The position numbers and the translations under genes are program-made. A stretch of 47,465 nt of DNA from Nitrospiraceae bacterium (GTDB lineage Bacteria; Nitrospirota; Nitrospiria; Nitrospirales; Nitrospiraceae): positions 1 through 47,465 of the forward strand of contig JBBIQV010000023.1 of the NCBI GenBank assembly GCA_037442105.1. The letters run 5' to 3'. Shown here one piece after another: positions 1 through 9,270 of this stretch. Below the pieces are notes generated by a model. It ran no database searches. It saw nothing but the letters and a program-made list of their open reading frames with translations, and was not told where the DNA came from. Positions within the stretch are counted from its first letter, which is position 1. Every line of letters starts with the position of its first letter.

Positions 1-103
1 GAAACTCCATGAACGGCCGTTCGAGGATTGTGTGGTCCTTCGAGAGCAGTTCCGGCTGTTGCTGCATCATGGCATGGGGAACCGACATCGGTTCATTACT
101 CAT
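1..103 (-). CDS. 5' part of an unknown protein, translationally coupled to the lipoxygenase (runs off the window edge)
   Basis: ATG at 103-101 overlaps the LOX TGA (ATGA overlap); frame MSNEPMSVPHAMMQQQPELLSKDHTILERPFMEF stays open to the edge. Confidence 0.5.
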   Translation of the reverse strand, partial: MSNEPMSVPHAMMQQQPELLSKDHTILERPFMEF

Positions 104-1728
104 GCATTAATGTTGCCTTCGAGCATATTCGGATAGAGTTTCCAGAACGCCCAGGGTTCCTGCTCCATCGTCTGTTGCAGAGTTTCCAGCTCTGTCCTAA
201 AGGCCGTGAAGGCACCTTTGGCCTCTTCGTCCGGGGCAAGTCTCGAATAATCGGCAATCAGCGGGGCGCGAATCACCTGGAGGAGATAATTCGTATTCAC
301 CAGCCGTTGGTACACATCCAACGGCTCTCTCCGCCCGTCCTTATAGACACGGATAGGGTGCACGTGGGTCCACATCTGATAGTTCCACAAACACGCTCCT
401 ACCATTTCGTGATAGGCAGTCACCAGGTAGATAAACCGCGCGATCAGCCGCGCCAAGCTGTCGAGCGTCACGGTATTCTTGGACACCTGAACGCCGGTCG
501 GCATCAGCTTGTTGAGTTCGTCCAGCCACTTCTCGATCGGTTCGTTCGTTTGCACGTCACGGTCCGTCTTGTAGTAAATGCCGAGATATCGCCTCGCGTG
601 CCGGTGTATGACTGCAAACAGATCTTCAAGATTCTTCTGGGTCGGCAGGGCGTCAACCCCGAGATGTGAAACGTTTCGTCTGGCTGCGTCCGCCACAGGA
701 TCGCCTACCATCATGTCAAACTCTTTCGCCGACCGCTCCAACACATGACACATGCCCGCATGGGTAAAGCTGTAAATATGTTCGAAGTCTCCTCCGCGGG
801 TCAACTGCGCCATGTTCCCAAAGCGATTACTCTGCTGGGTGCCGAAGATATGGGGCCAGAGAAGGCGGCAGAGGGGATGATGCTCAGCGAAGGCATTCCG
901 TGTTGCGATCGCGAAATACTCGCCCGTTGTGAGATGCAGCCAGTTCCAGTGCCGAACGAGCCCCGTATGTGTGGACACCGCGCATAACGCGAGTTTCTTG
1001 GCCAACGACCAATCGCGATCGCCCGGCCGTGTCGTCCCAAGCTCCGTGTGAATTTCCGTGGCGTTCAGACGCCGCGCCCGATCATCGAACCGAAACAGGA
1101 CACGGGCCCATGGTTTGTACAATCCCGCATGAGGCTCATAGTCCCCCGCCGACAAGCTCTGCAAATCCCACGCGTACTCATCGCCCTCGACCCGTTTGAG
1201 ATACCCGGCGTAGGGGCCACGCACCGCCAGCATCCCTAAATCAGGATTGCCCCGCAGTTCAGGCGGAAGCATCGGGGGCTGAAGCAAGCGCGGACGTTCG
1301 ACGCTCATCTTCGCCGCAGCTTTCTTGGCAATCCGAGCATGGCGTGACGTATAACCCTCGCGCATCGCCGTGAAGGGATCAGCATCCACCGGAGGAAGGC
1401 CCGCCTGCATGGGAGACCATGCTCCTGGAGACCGTCTGCACGCCCACAGCTGCAACCCAAACACGATCATTTTCTTGAGGTATTGCCAGAGCGGATATTT
1501 GTCATCGCGTGGAATCTTTTGCGCGGCTTTCAAGGATGGAACGGGAATGTCCCTAAAGACGCGGATGCCACAAACTCGGACATCTGTGAAAGGGATAGCC
1601 GTGATGGTTCGCCTGCTTTTCTTGAGACGAGTAACCGCGAGCGGTTGGTTATTCTTAAACTTGATCTGAGCGATTCTGTTCCAGACCCCTTTGCGAAGCT
1701 TCCACCACAACCGTGCCATGACTCCCAT
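100..1728 (-). CDS. Lipoxygenase-family non-heme dioxygenase (short, atypical)
   Basis: LVRHWNWLHL (HxxxxH metal ligands), HHPLCRLLWPH, WSLAK, AYHEMVG, C-terminal NINA; SD AAAGGAG upstream of ATG 1728 (alternative GTG 1815 overlaps the upstream stop). Confidence 0.8.
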   Translation of the reverse strand: MGVMARLWWKLRKGVWNRIAQIKFKNNQPLAVTRLKKSRRTITAIPFTDVRVCGIRVFRDIPVPSLKAAQKIPRDDKYPLWQYLKKMIVFGLQLWACRRSPGAWSPMQAGLPPVDADPFTAMREGYTSRHARIAKKAAAKMSVERPRLLQPPMLPPELRGNPDLGMLAVRGPYAGYLKRVEGDEYAWDLQSLSAGDYEPHAGLYKPWARVLFRFDDRARRLNATEIHTELGTTRPGDRDWSLAKKLALCAVSTHTGLVRHWNWLHLTTGEYFAIATRNAFAEHHPLCRLLWPHIFGTQQSNRFGNMAQLTRGGDFEHIYSFTHAGMCHVLERSAKEFDMMVGDPVADAARRNVSHLGVDALPTQKNLEDLFAVIHRHARRYLGIYYKTDRDVQTNEPIEKWLDELNKLMPTGVQVSKNTVTLDSLARLIARFIYLVTAYHEMVGACLWNYQMWTHVHPIRVYKDGRREPLDVYQRLVNTNYLLQVIRAPLIADYSRLAPDEEAKGAFTAFRTELETLQQTMEQEPWAFWKLYPNMLEGNINA

Positions 1729-1814
1729 GGTCCCACTCCTTTCCGCGGCGCCGGAGAGAACGGCGCCCGAATACCGTGCGGTGCTCGACCTTCGGTGTGC
1801 GCGACCTGTCCGCA

Positions 1815-3710
1815 CTAATATCTGAGCGGCTCAAACACATTGTTCCAGGGCATGAAAGCATTGGGGATGCCGGCCAAAGCCGGCGCCAGCGCCGGATAAT
1901 GGCGCAACAGCACGCTCGTCATCGTGTTGTCATTGACCCAATCCAGGCCGACCTTGGTGTAGACCTCAGGCCGATAGTCGGAGGTAAAGAACCGGTCGCT
2001 CTTGAGCCGGCGAGAGGCCATGAGGATAAAGATCCGAAACGCCGTATCGCTGAAGCCGAACCCCTTGGGGGGAAGTTCCGCCAGCAGTCCCACCACCGAG
2101 TCAACACGCTCGATATCGTTCTTGTATAGGTCGGCCATCGGCTTGGCCCAGTCCGGGTTCAATTCTTCAAAAGTCGACACCGGCTTCATGCGAAGCATCC
2201 GGCGGAACCGGTTGTAGCGGGGCACGCCCCGTTCCCGGTCTCGTACGATATCGACGGCAGCTAGATCGATAATGTCACGCTCGCCGTTCGGGAGGGGCTT
2301 GATCCGTTCAAACTTTTGCAGAAAGCGAGGGAAATTTCCCAGAGTGATGGCCCCCGGGTGCGCGAGGCCGAACGAATACAACGCGTTGGCCATGCCGCCT
2401 GCTTCTGTGATCACCTGTCGCGTGCCGTTCCCCTGAATCTCTGTGAACGTCTTATAGGTGGAAAACGCCGGATCGGAGAGCGACTGGAACCGGTAATCGT
2501 CTGGGATAAGCGGATGCAGCCGATAGACGGCAACGAACTCTTCCGTCAGGTAGTATGGCGCGGCGTGATGGTCCGTGGGCGAGCCAGGGATGCCCCACAA
2601 CTCTTCGCTCTCCCCTAAACGGCCGACCAGCTTATGGATCCGCTCCCCAAACGCGCCCCACCAATTGGCATTCATGCCGATCTGTAAGGCAGGATGACCC
2701 AAGATCCCCGGCGTCCACTCGACCGTGTGAATTTTGGCCATCAGCGCCGTATTGATCAACCTGGCCGTCTGGAACAGCCGGTTGTCGTCCCACGCCGGAT
2801 ACTCCTCGCGGAGCCGGTCGCAAATCGCGTTGTGTTCGTGGGCAAACAGCGTATGCAGCAGACTCAACCCCACCCACCAGTTGTCGTTGAAGCCGGTGAG
2901 GTCCACGCCGGTCAGAGCCGGATCGATCGGCTGATTTGTTTCCGGGTCTATCGATGTCATCAACGGCAGAAATCCATTTTCGATCTTCAACTTCCCCCCG
3001 CGAGAGGACCGCACCAGCTTCTGGATCTTCGATGAGCTTCCGTAAAGTTGAGAACTATCCCACCAATGCGTCTCATAATTGATAAAGGTAGGAGGGCCGG
3101 CCGTACATCCCCGTGGCCTCGTCGGATCCGGTTCGGTCTGCCGAATTTTCATGGGATCCTGATGCCAGTCGTCACCGTCTTTCAGTTTGATCTTGATGAA
3201 CTCGTCGTCTTTTTGACCGGCAAGTTGTTTGTGGCTGAACCAATCGTGTACTTGGAACTGAATCCATGCGGCGGCCAACATGTTCAGGGACGTGGCGGGA
3301 ATAAAGTGGTAGCGCGTCATCAAGATCCGGCTTACCTCGCGAGGACTGGGGTCGAGGAATTTGTCTGGAGGTTCAGGCCACGCCTGATCGAGCGGAAGAT
3401 TCCTGCCGAACCTGGAGCCGGCACATCCCATCATCGGATCGCGCAGATCGTTGTGTGTGCCATCCGCCCGCCGCTCACTGCGATCCGCCTCCGCAAAGGG
3501 ACCCGGATTTTGCAGGGGTGTCCCTGGCAACTGCACGGTGTCGTGAAGGTTCCACCGGCGCAAGTCGTAGCGTAATGCGGGCAGATTGAGCACCCTCGGA
3601 TTGAGCGCGCCGAGCAGTCGAATAAACGGAATTTTATGCCACACGACAACGCGATTCACAATCCGGAACAGAAACGCGAAGATGCGTAAGGCTGTGTGTG
3701 ATTGACGCAT
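1815..3710 (-). CDS. Fatty-acid alpha-dioxygenase (PIOX-like heme protein, peroxidase-cyclooxygenase superfamily)
   Basis: RxADGxxNDL, WIQFQVHDW (distal His), THWWDSSQLYG, AKIHTVEWTP, EEFVAVYRLH (catalytic Tyr and proximal His), RDRERGVPRYN, MASRRL; SD GAGGG. Confidence 0.85.
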   Translation of the reverse strand: MRQSHTALRIFAFLFRIVNRVVVWHKIPFIRLLGALNPRVLNLPALRYDLRRWNLHDTVQLPGTPLQNPGPFAEADRSERRADGTHNDLRDPMMGCAGSRFGRNLPLDQAWPEPPDKFLDPSPREVSRILMTRYHFIPATSLNMLAAAWIQFQVHDWFSHKQLAGQKDDEFIKIKLKDGDDWHQDPMKIRQTEPDPTRPRGCTAGPPTFINYETHWWDSSQLYGSSSKIQKLVRSSRGGKLKIENGFLPLMTSIDPETNQPIDPALTGVDLTGFNDNWWVGLSLLHTLFAHEHNAICDRLREEYPAWDDNRLFQTARLINTALMAKIHTVEWTPGILGHPALQIGMNANWWGAFGERIHKLVGRLGESEELWGIPGSPTDHHAAPYYLTEEFVAVYRLHPLIPDDYRFQSLSDPAFSTYKTFTEIQGNGTRQVITEAGGMANALYSFGLAHPGAITLGNFPRFLQKFERIKPLPNGERDIIDLAAVDIVRDRERGVPRYNRFRRMLRMKPVSTFEELNPDWAKPMADLYKNDIERVDSVVGLLAELPPKGFGFSDTAFRIFILMASRRLKSDRFFTSDYRPEVYTKVGLDWVNDNTMTSVLLRHYPALAPALAGIPNAFMPWNNVFEPLRY

Positions 3711-4290
3711 AGGTCCCTCACCATGAACGACGCAGGTTCAAAACACAAAGGGCTCACAGGATCTCACGACCCCGGAGCCCTTGCCCTACCCCTCGACTAT
3801 CAGCCGATCCCTCGAAACCTCCATCGCTGCTCTCCACACCAGAACGGGTGCATGCTGATGAGCAGATGGCCGCGTGATTCAGCGCAGAAACGCAGGAATT
3901 TGTCAATGGAACAATCCACCTCAGCCCTTATCCCAAAAGCCGCGCCCCCGGAGAATGGACCTCGGCAGAAATGGATCTCTCGCCACACCCTTGCTATTCT
4001 CAGGCCTAAATAAATTAGACCGTTGTACTGCTCACCACCTGCTACGAGAATCAGTTGTTTCATCTGTATTCCAACAACTTGCTTTCACCCATAAGACGTG
4101 ATCCAGCGACGGACACTCGCGAGAGTCCTCGAAAATCGCAGCACCCCTGTATCTAGATAGGTACTCATCAGTATCGGCTTCGATACTCAAAAGTACTTGG
4201 AGCTTGGAGGGGAAGACCGGTTAACGGGCGATTCGGCAGGATTCAGATGGAGGCCGGTGACCTTGAAGGGAAACGGACTTGAATGCGGTG

Positions 4291-4977
4291 TTACGGAGAA
4301 AGAAGCTGGCGAGTTTCGGAAGAGGACAGCCGACGGAACTTTCGCCCCTCACGCGTCCGGTCGAGAACCGCAACTTCGAGACCTTCCGCCTGAAATTTCT
4401 GATTCGCCACTTGTTCGAGCGCCGACGTGCATAACGACAACGCTGCCGCGAGAGTGGGGAACTGCGACGATAATCGGTCCTTGAGGTAGGCCTGCACGGT
4501 TTCGGATTTTCCTCCAATGACCGCGTAGCCGCGTTCGTCGATGATGCTGCCGTCAAAGGAAATGCGATAGATTTCGTTCGGCTGTCCGTTTCCGCCGACC
4601 TGCACGACGAGGATTTCAACTTCCAGCGGTTTGAGCTCCTGGCTGAAGATCGTGCCGAGACTCTGGGAGTAGCCATTCGCCAGCGAGCGGGCCGTCACAT
4701 CCTCACGACTGTAGGCGAATCCCTTGAGGTCGGCATGGCGGATGCCGGCCTTCCGTAGATTTTCGAACTCGCTGTACTTGCCGGCCCCCGCAAACGCGAT
4801 GTTGTCATAGATTTCGGAAATCTTGTGCAACGAGGAGCTGGGGTTGTCGGCGGCGAGCAGAACGCCGTCCACGTATTCCATCGCGACGATCGAGCGGCCC
4901 TTGGCGATACCTTTTTTGGCATACTCCGCCTTGTCCTGCATCATCTGTTCAGGGGAGACGTAGTATGGTAGCGGCAT
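4291..4977 (-). CDS. prcA: 20S proteasome alpha subunit
   Basis: MPLPYYVSPEQMMQDKAEYAKKGIAKGRS, HKISEIYD, GKYSEFENLR: actinobacterial-type PrcA; follows prcB. Confidence 0.95.
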   Translation of the reverse strand: MPLPYYVSPEQMMQDKAEYAKKGIAKGRSIVAMEYVDGVLLAADNPSSSLHKISEIYDNIAFAGAGKYSEFENLRKAGIRHADLKGFAYSREDVTARSLANGYSQSLGTIFSQELKPLEVEILVVQVGGNGQPNEIYRISFDGSIIDERGYAVIGGKSETVQAYLKDRLSSQFPTLAAALSLCTSALEQVANQKFQAEGLEVAVLDRTREGRKFRRLSSSETRQLLSP

Positions 4978-4980
4978 AGA

Positions 4981-5805
4981 TCAGCCCTCTTTTTTCCGAC
5001 CGGCGATCATCGCTTCATACAACGCGCGGATACGCGATTCCTGCGCATCTACGATCCCGGCAGCACTCACCAGTTTAGCGGTCGGGTAAATGCCCCGGAC
5101 CAGGTCCGGCCCTCCGGTTCCGACATCCTCGTCCGCCGCGTTGTACAATGCCAACAGCGCCAATCGTAAGACGTCCTCCTCGGACAAGTTCTTGCGGAAA
5201 TGTTCCCGCATCGTATTACGGGCGTCTTTGCCGCCGGAGCCGATCGCATGGTAGTCGGATTCCTCGTACCGCCCGCCGGTGATGTCATATTTGAAGATGC
5301 GTCCTTCGCCGCGCTTGCCGTCATAACCGACGTAGAGAGGCATCACGACCAGCCCCTGAAACACCATCGGCAAGTTTGCCTTCACCATCTGCCCCAACTT
5401 GTTGGCTTTCCCCTCGCAAGAGAGCTGCACACCTTCGAGCTTCTCGTAATGTTCGAGCTCAGTTTGGAAGAGCTTCGCCATCTCGATGCAGGGCCCGGCT
5501 GCGCCGGCAATGGCCATGGCCGAGTATTCGTCGATCTTGAACACCTTCTCGATCCGGCGATCTGCGATCTGAAACCCCTCCGTCGCACGGCGGTCTCCGG
5601 CAATGACGACCCCCTGCGCATACTTGATCGCCAGCACGGTCGTCGCTTGCGGAATCGGCAACGCCGCAGCGCCTCGCGTCTCGTCCGGCGCCGAGGGGAG
5701 CACACGAGCCCACCCCCGACCACTTGGCGTGAGTTCAGGATGGCGGGCGGTCAGGAAATCGAAGAAACTCGATCCGTCGTGATTGGGCAAGAACGGAAGG
5801 TTCAT
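4981..5805 (-). CDS. prcB: 20S proteasome beta subunit with propeptide
   Basis: Propeptide followed by TTVLAIKY...AGDRRAT, GSGG, DEDVGTGGPD. Confidence 0.95.
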   Translation of the reverse strand: MNLPFLPNHDGSSFFDFLTARHPELTPSGRGWARVLPSAPDETRGAAALPIPQATTVLAIKYAQGVVIAGDRRATEGFQIADRRIEKVFKIDEYSAMAIAGAAGPCIEMAKLFQTELEHYEKLEGVQLSCEGKANKLGQMVKANLPMVFQGLVVMPLYVGYDGKRGEGRIFKYDITGGRYEESDYHAIGSGGKDARNTMREHFRKNLSEEDVLRLALLALYNAADEDVGTGGPDLVRGIYPTAKLVSAAGIVDAQESRIRALYEAMIAGRKKEG

Positions 5806-5823
5806 GAAATGGACTCTCTGCGG

Positions 5824-7323
5824 TTAGGCCGACAACTTGGCCAAGAGCGCCTGGACTGATTCCGCGCCGTCGAGCAGTTCAGCCGTCAGGGATTCGGTTC
5901 CCCGCAGCGGTTCCATCAGCGGGATTTTCTTGATGGTGGTATTGCCCACATCGAACAGCACCGAGGTCCAGCTTGCGCCGTACACCGAGCGGGCGTACTT
6001 CTTCACACAACGTCCCCGGAAGTAAGCACGCGTCCCCGTCGGGGGCGTGAGTTCGGCGCGCGCGATCTCGCTATCCTGCAACAACCGATCAATCATATGA
6101 CCACGTTCAAGCGTGTAATAGAGTCCCTTGTCCTGACGCACATCGTGGTATTGCAGATCCATCAAACGGGTGCGCGGATCGGCCCAGCCGCATCTTTTGC
6201 GATCCATATAGGATTCGATCAGGTGCCGCTTCGCCACCCAATCCAACTCATGAACAAGCAGCCGAGGGTCCCGATCGAGCTTGCCCAACACCTCTTCCCA
6301 ACGCACCAAAACGTCCTTGGTCGCCTGCGACAGCTCATGGGAAGCGTAATAGTCCATAGCAGCTTTGAGGTACGCGCGCTGAACGGCTATCGCCGTCACG
6401 CTCTGGCCACCGGCCAGCTTTATGGAATCTTTCATATCGAGATCACGGGAAACCTGTTTGATCGCGCGAACCGGATCATCGAGCTCTATCTTCGGCAAAT
6501 CCGCCCCCGCCTCCAGCAAATCAAGCACGATCGTCATGGTCCCGATTTTCAGGTAGGTCGAGAGCTCGGCCATATTCGCATCGCCGACGATGACATGGAG
6601 ACGCCGGTACTTGGCCGGATCGGCGTGGGGCTCGTCACGGGTGTTGATGATCGGGCGCTTGACCATCGTGTTGAGATCGACCACACACTCGAAGAAATCC
6701 GCGCGCTGCGAGATTTGGTATTCGGCTGGGCTTGTCTGATTCTCCGCACCCACCTTGCCGGCGCCCGCAAAAATAGGCCTGGTCACCAGGAAGGGCGTGA
6801 GGATGCGCGCGATCCGATCGAATGGAATCGTCCGGGAGAGCAGATAGTTTTCATGATATCCGTAGCTATTCCCCTTACCGTCCGAGTTGTTCTTGTACAG
6901 GACGAACTGCTCTTTTCCGCGGACCCGAGCAAGCTGTTCGAGACACTGCGCGGCGATACGTTCCCCCACGCGCTCGAATGCGACGAGCTCTCGTGGGTTT
7001 GTGCACTCAGGAGTGGAGTACTCCGGATGGGCGCCATCGACGTACAAACGGCCACCGTTCACGAGCGCCTTGTTGAGCTGGCGATTGTAATCCGGGGTGG
7101 GCCTCTCTCGCTCACCCTCAACTTCAAATCCACGGGCGTCCAGCAGCGGATTTTCGTTCTCGTAGTCCCACACCGCCTGAGGCGCAGGAAGCCCCTGGTA
7201 CTGTCCGATCACGTGAATGGAGTTGGAGACCGGATCGGTGGCGCCGGGGTCACGCGACGCGATCCCAAATTCGGTTTCGGTTCCGAGGACACGCGGCGTA
7301 ATGATGGGGGTGGGTCCCGGCAT
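5824..7323 (-). CDS. dop: Depupylase/deamidase Dop (PafA2)
   Basis: GTETEFGI, Dop-loop WDYENENPLLDARGF, NGGRLYVDGAHPEYSTPEC, SYGYHENY, RRLHVIVGDAN, TRAYFRG. Confidence 0.9.
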   Translation of the reverse strand: MPGPTPIITPRVLGTETEFGIASRDPGATDPVSNSIHVIGQYQGLPAPQAVWDYENENPLLDARGFEVEGERERPTPDYNRQLNKALVNGGRLYVDGAHPEYSTPECTNPRELVAFERVGERIAAQCLEQLARVRGKEQFVLYKNNSDGKGNSYGYHENYLLSRTIPFDRIARILTPFLVTRPIFAGAGKVGAENQTSPAEYQISQRADFFECVVDLNTMVKRPIINTRDEPHADPAKYRRLHVIVGDANMAELSTYLKIGTMTIVLDLLEAGADLPKIELDDPVRAIKQVSRDLDMKDSIKLAGGQSVTAIAVQRAYLKAAMDYYASHELSQATKDVLVRWEEVLGKLDRDPRLLVHELDWVAKRHLIESYMDRKRCGWADPRTRLMDLQYHDVRQDKGLYYTLERGHMIDRLLQDSEIARAELTPPTGTRAYFRGRCVKKYARSVYGASWTSVLFDVGNTTIKKIPLMEPLRGTESLTAELLDGAESVQALLAKLSA

Positions 7324-7337
7324 GAGATCAGCGCAGC

Positions 7338-9107
7338 TTAGAGATAGTGCCCGGTCGTGATGGTTTCAATCTGCCTGGATTCAGCAGGGCCGCCGCTGAT
7401 CGTCCGGATATGAATGATCTTCTCGCCTTTTTTTCCGGCCACTTTGGCCCAGTCGTCAGGATTGGTGGTGTTCGGCAGGTCTTCGTGTTCCTTGAACTCT
7501 TCGCGGATGGCCCGGATCAGGTCATCGGACCGGAGCCCGCTCTCTTCCCGCGCGATAGCCCGCTTGACGGCGAATTTCTTGGCTCGTGATACGATCCCTT
7601 CGATCAGCGCCCCGCTGGCAAAATCCTTGAAGTAAAGGACTTCTTTTTCCCCGTTCGCATAGGTGACCTCGATGAACCGATTTTCGTCCGAGGTCGCGTA
7701 CATGGCGTCGACGGTCAGCGCGGTCAGTCCCTCCACCAACGCACGGGCATCTCCGCCGTACCGCCTCAGCTCATCTTCGGCAAAAGGCAGATCCGTGGTC
7801 ACATACTTGGAGAAAATGTCTCGCGCGGCGGCCGAGTCCGGACGGCCGACCTTCACCTTCACATCGAGACGGCCGGCTCGCAGCACGGCGGGATCGATCA
7901 AATCCTGGCGGTTGCTCGCACCGATCACAATGACGTTACGCAGCCGTTCGACGCCGTCGATCTCCGACAAGAACTGAGGCACGATCGTCGACTCGATATC
8001 CGATGAGATGCCCGTTCCACGTGTGCGGAACAAGGCGTCCATCTCATCGAAAAAGACGATGACGGGATGACCGTCCGCCGCTCGCTCTTTTGCCTTCTTA
8101 AAAACTTCGCGGACCTGCCGTTCGGATTCGCCCACGTACTTGCTGAGCAGTTCAGGCCCCTTTACATGCAGGAAATAGCTGCGCACCTCCTTGCCCGTGA
8201 GATGGCCGAGTTTCTTCGCAATGGAATTCGCCACGGCTTTGGCGATGAGCGTCTTGCCGCAGCCTGGTGGACCGTACAGCAACACGCCCTTAGGTGCGCT
8301 GAGCTTGAATTCCGCAAAGAGATGAGGATGGAGGAACGGCAGTTCCACCGCATCCCGCACCTGTTCGATCTCTCGATGGAGGCCGCCGATGTGGTCATAG
8401 TTCACGTCGGGCACTTCCTCCAGCACCAATTCCTCGGCTTCCGACTTCGGCAGCTTTTCGATCACGCAGCCGGATCGTGGATCGTACAAAAGGTGATCTC
8501 CCACGCTCAGCCGCTCGTTCAGGAGAGGTTCGCCAAGTTCGGCGACTTTTTCTTCGTCGAAATGCAGCGTCACCAGAGCGCGATTCCCTTCGAGGACATC
8601 TTTCAGCCGCACGACCTCACCTTGCACATCAAACTGCCGCACTTCGATAATGTTCAACGCCTCATTCAAAATCACTTCCTGCCCTTTCCGAAGTTCCTTG
8701 GCCTTGATGGCAGGATGCAGGCTGACCTTCATCTTCCTACCGGAAATGTACACATTCGCCGTGTTGTCTCGATTCAAACTGGAGAAGATGGCGTAGGCCG
8801 AGGGCGGGGCGGTCAACTTTTCCACCTCTGCGCGCAAGGCTTCGATCTGCGCCTTGGCTTCCTGCAGAGTCGCAACGAGCTTTTCGTTTTGTTTGGTCGC
8901 CTGATCGAGCTGATAACGGGATTGGTACAGACGCCGGATCTCCTCTTCCATCGACTGGATTTGGACGCGAAGCTTCTCGACTTCACGGGCATGGTCGTCA
9001 TTCTTGTGGATCATGTCCGCCTCGCTATCGGTCAAGCGTGTAGTGAGTTTTTTGACGGAATCGCGGAGGGACCGGAGCCGACTCGAACTCCCTTTGGATT
9101 CGGCCAT
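7338..9107 (-). CDS. arc: Proteasome AAA ATPase (ARC/Mpa)
   Basis: N-terminal coiled coil, OB domains, GPPGCGKT, FFDEMD, EDLPNTTNPDDW, C-terminal GHYL (HbYX-like). Confidence 0.95.
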   Translation of the reverse strand: MAESKGSSSRLRSLRDSVKKLTTRLTDSEADMIHKNDDHAREVEKLRVQIQSMEEEIRRLYQSRYQLDQATKQNEKLVATLQEAKAQIEALRAEVEKLTAPPSAYAIFSSLNRDNTANVYISGRKMKVSLHPAIKAKELRKGQEVILNEALNIIEVRQFDVQGEVVRLKDVLEGNRALVTLHFDEEKVAELGEPLLNERLSVGDHLLYDPRSGCVIEKLPKSEAEELVLEEVPDVNYDHIGGLHREIEQVRDAVELPFLHPHLFAEFKLSAPKGVLLYGPPGCGKTLIAKAVANSIAKKLGHLTGKEVRSYFLHVKGPELLSKYVGESERQVREVFKKAKERAADGHPVIVFFDEMDALFRTRGTGISSDIESTIVPQFLSEIDGVERLRNVIVIGASNRQDLIDPAVLRAGRLDVKVKVGRPDSAAARDIFSKYVTTDLPFAEDELRRYGGDARALVEGLTALTVDAMYATSDENRFIEVTYANGEKEVLYFKDFASGALIEGIVSRAKKFAVKRAIAREESGLRSDDLIRAIREEFKEHEDLPNTTNPDDWAKVAGKKGEKIIHIRTISGGPAESRQIETITTGHYL

Positions 9108-9167
9108 CGTCAGACTCGTTCGATCGCTCCAAACCCTTGGTAAATCATGAAGTCCAAGTCTTGCGCG

Positions 9168-9197
9168 ATCATATCATCCGCTCCGGAGAGCGGTCAA
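9168..9197 (-). promoter_or_regulatory. Putative sigma70 promoter for the arc operon
   Basis: TTGACC-18-TATGAT with TG extended -10, about 60 nt upstream of arc. Confidence 0.45.
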
Positions 9198-9270
9198 CTC
9201 TTGCAGGTGATCTCGCGCATGGTCATCAACACGAACGTCCAACATGACGACATAGAGGCGCTCAATTTGG

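Noticed and set aside
3702..4101. Short ORFs upstream of alpha-DOX, considered as Pup/UBact or pafA remnants
   Set aside because: No GGE/GGQ terminus, no PafA GxExE motif, and no clear SD.
6097..9143. Long + strand ORFs 6097..7341 and 8067..9143
   Set aside because: Antisense shadows of dop and arc in GC-rich, codon-biased DNA; no motifs.
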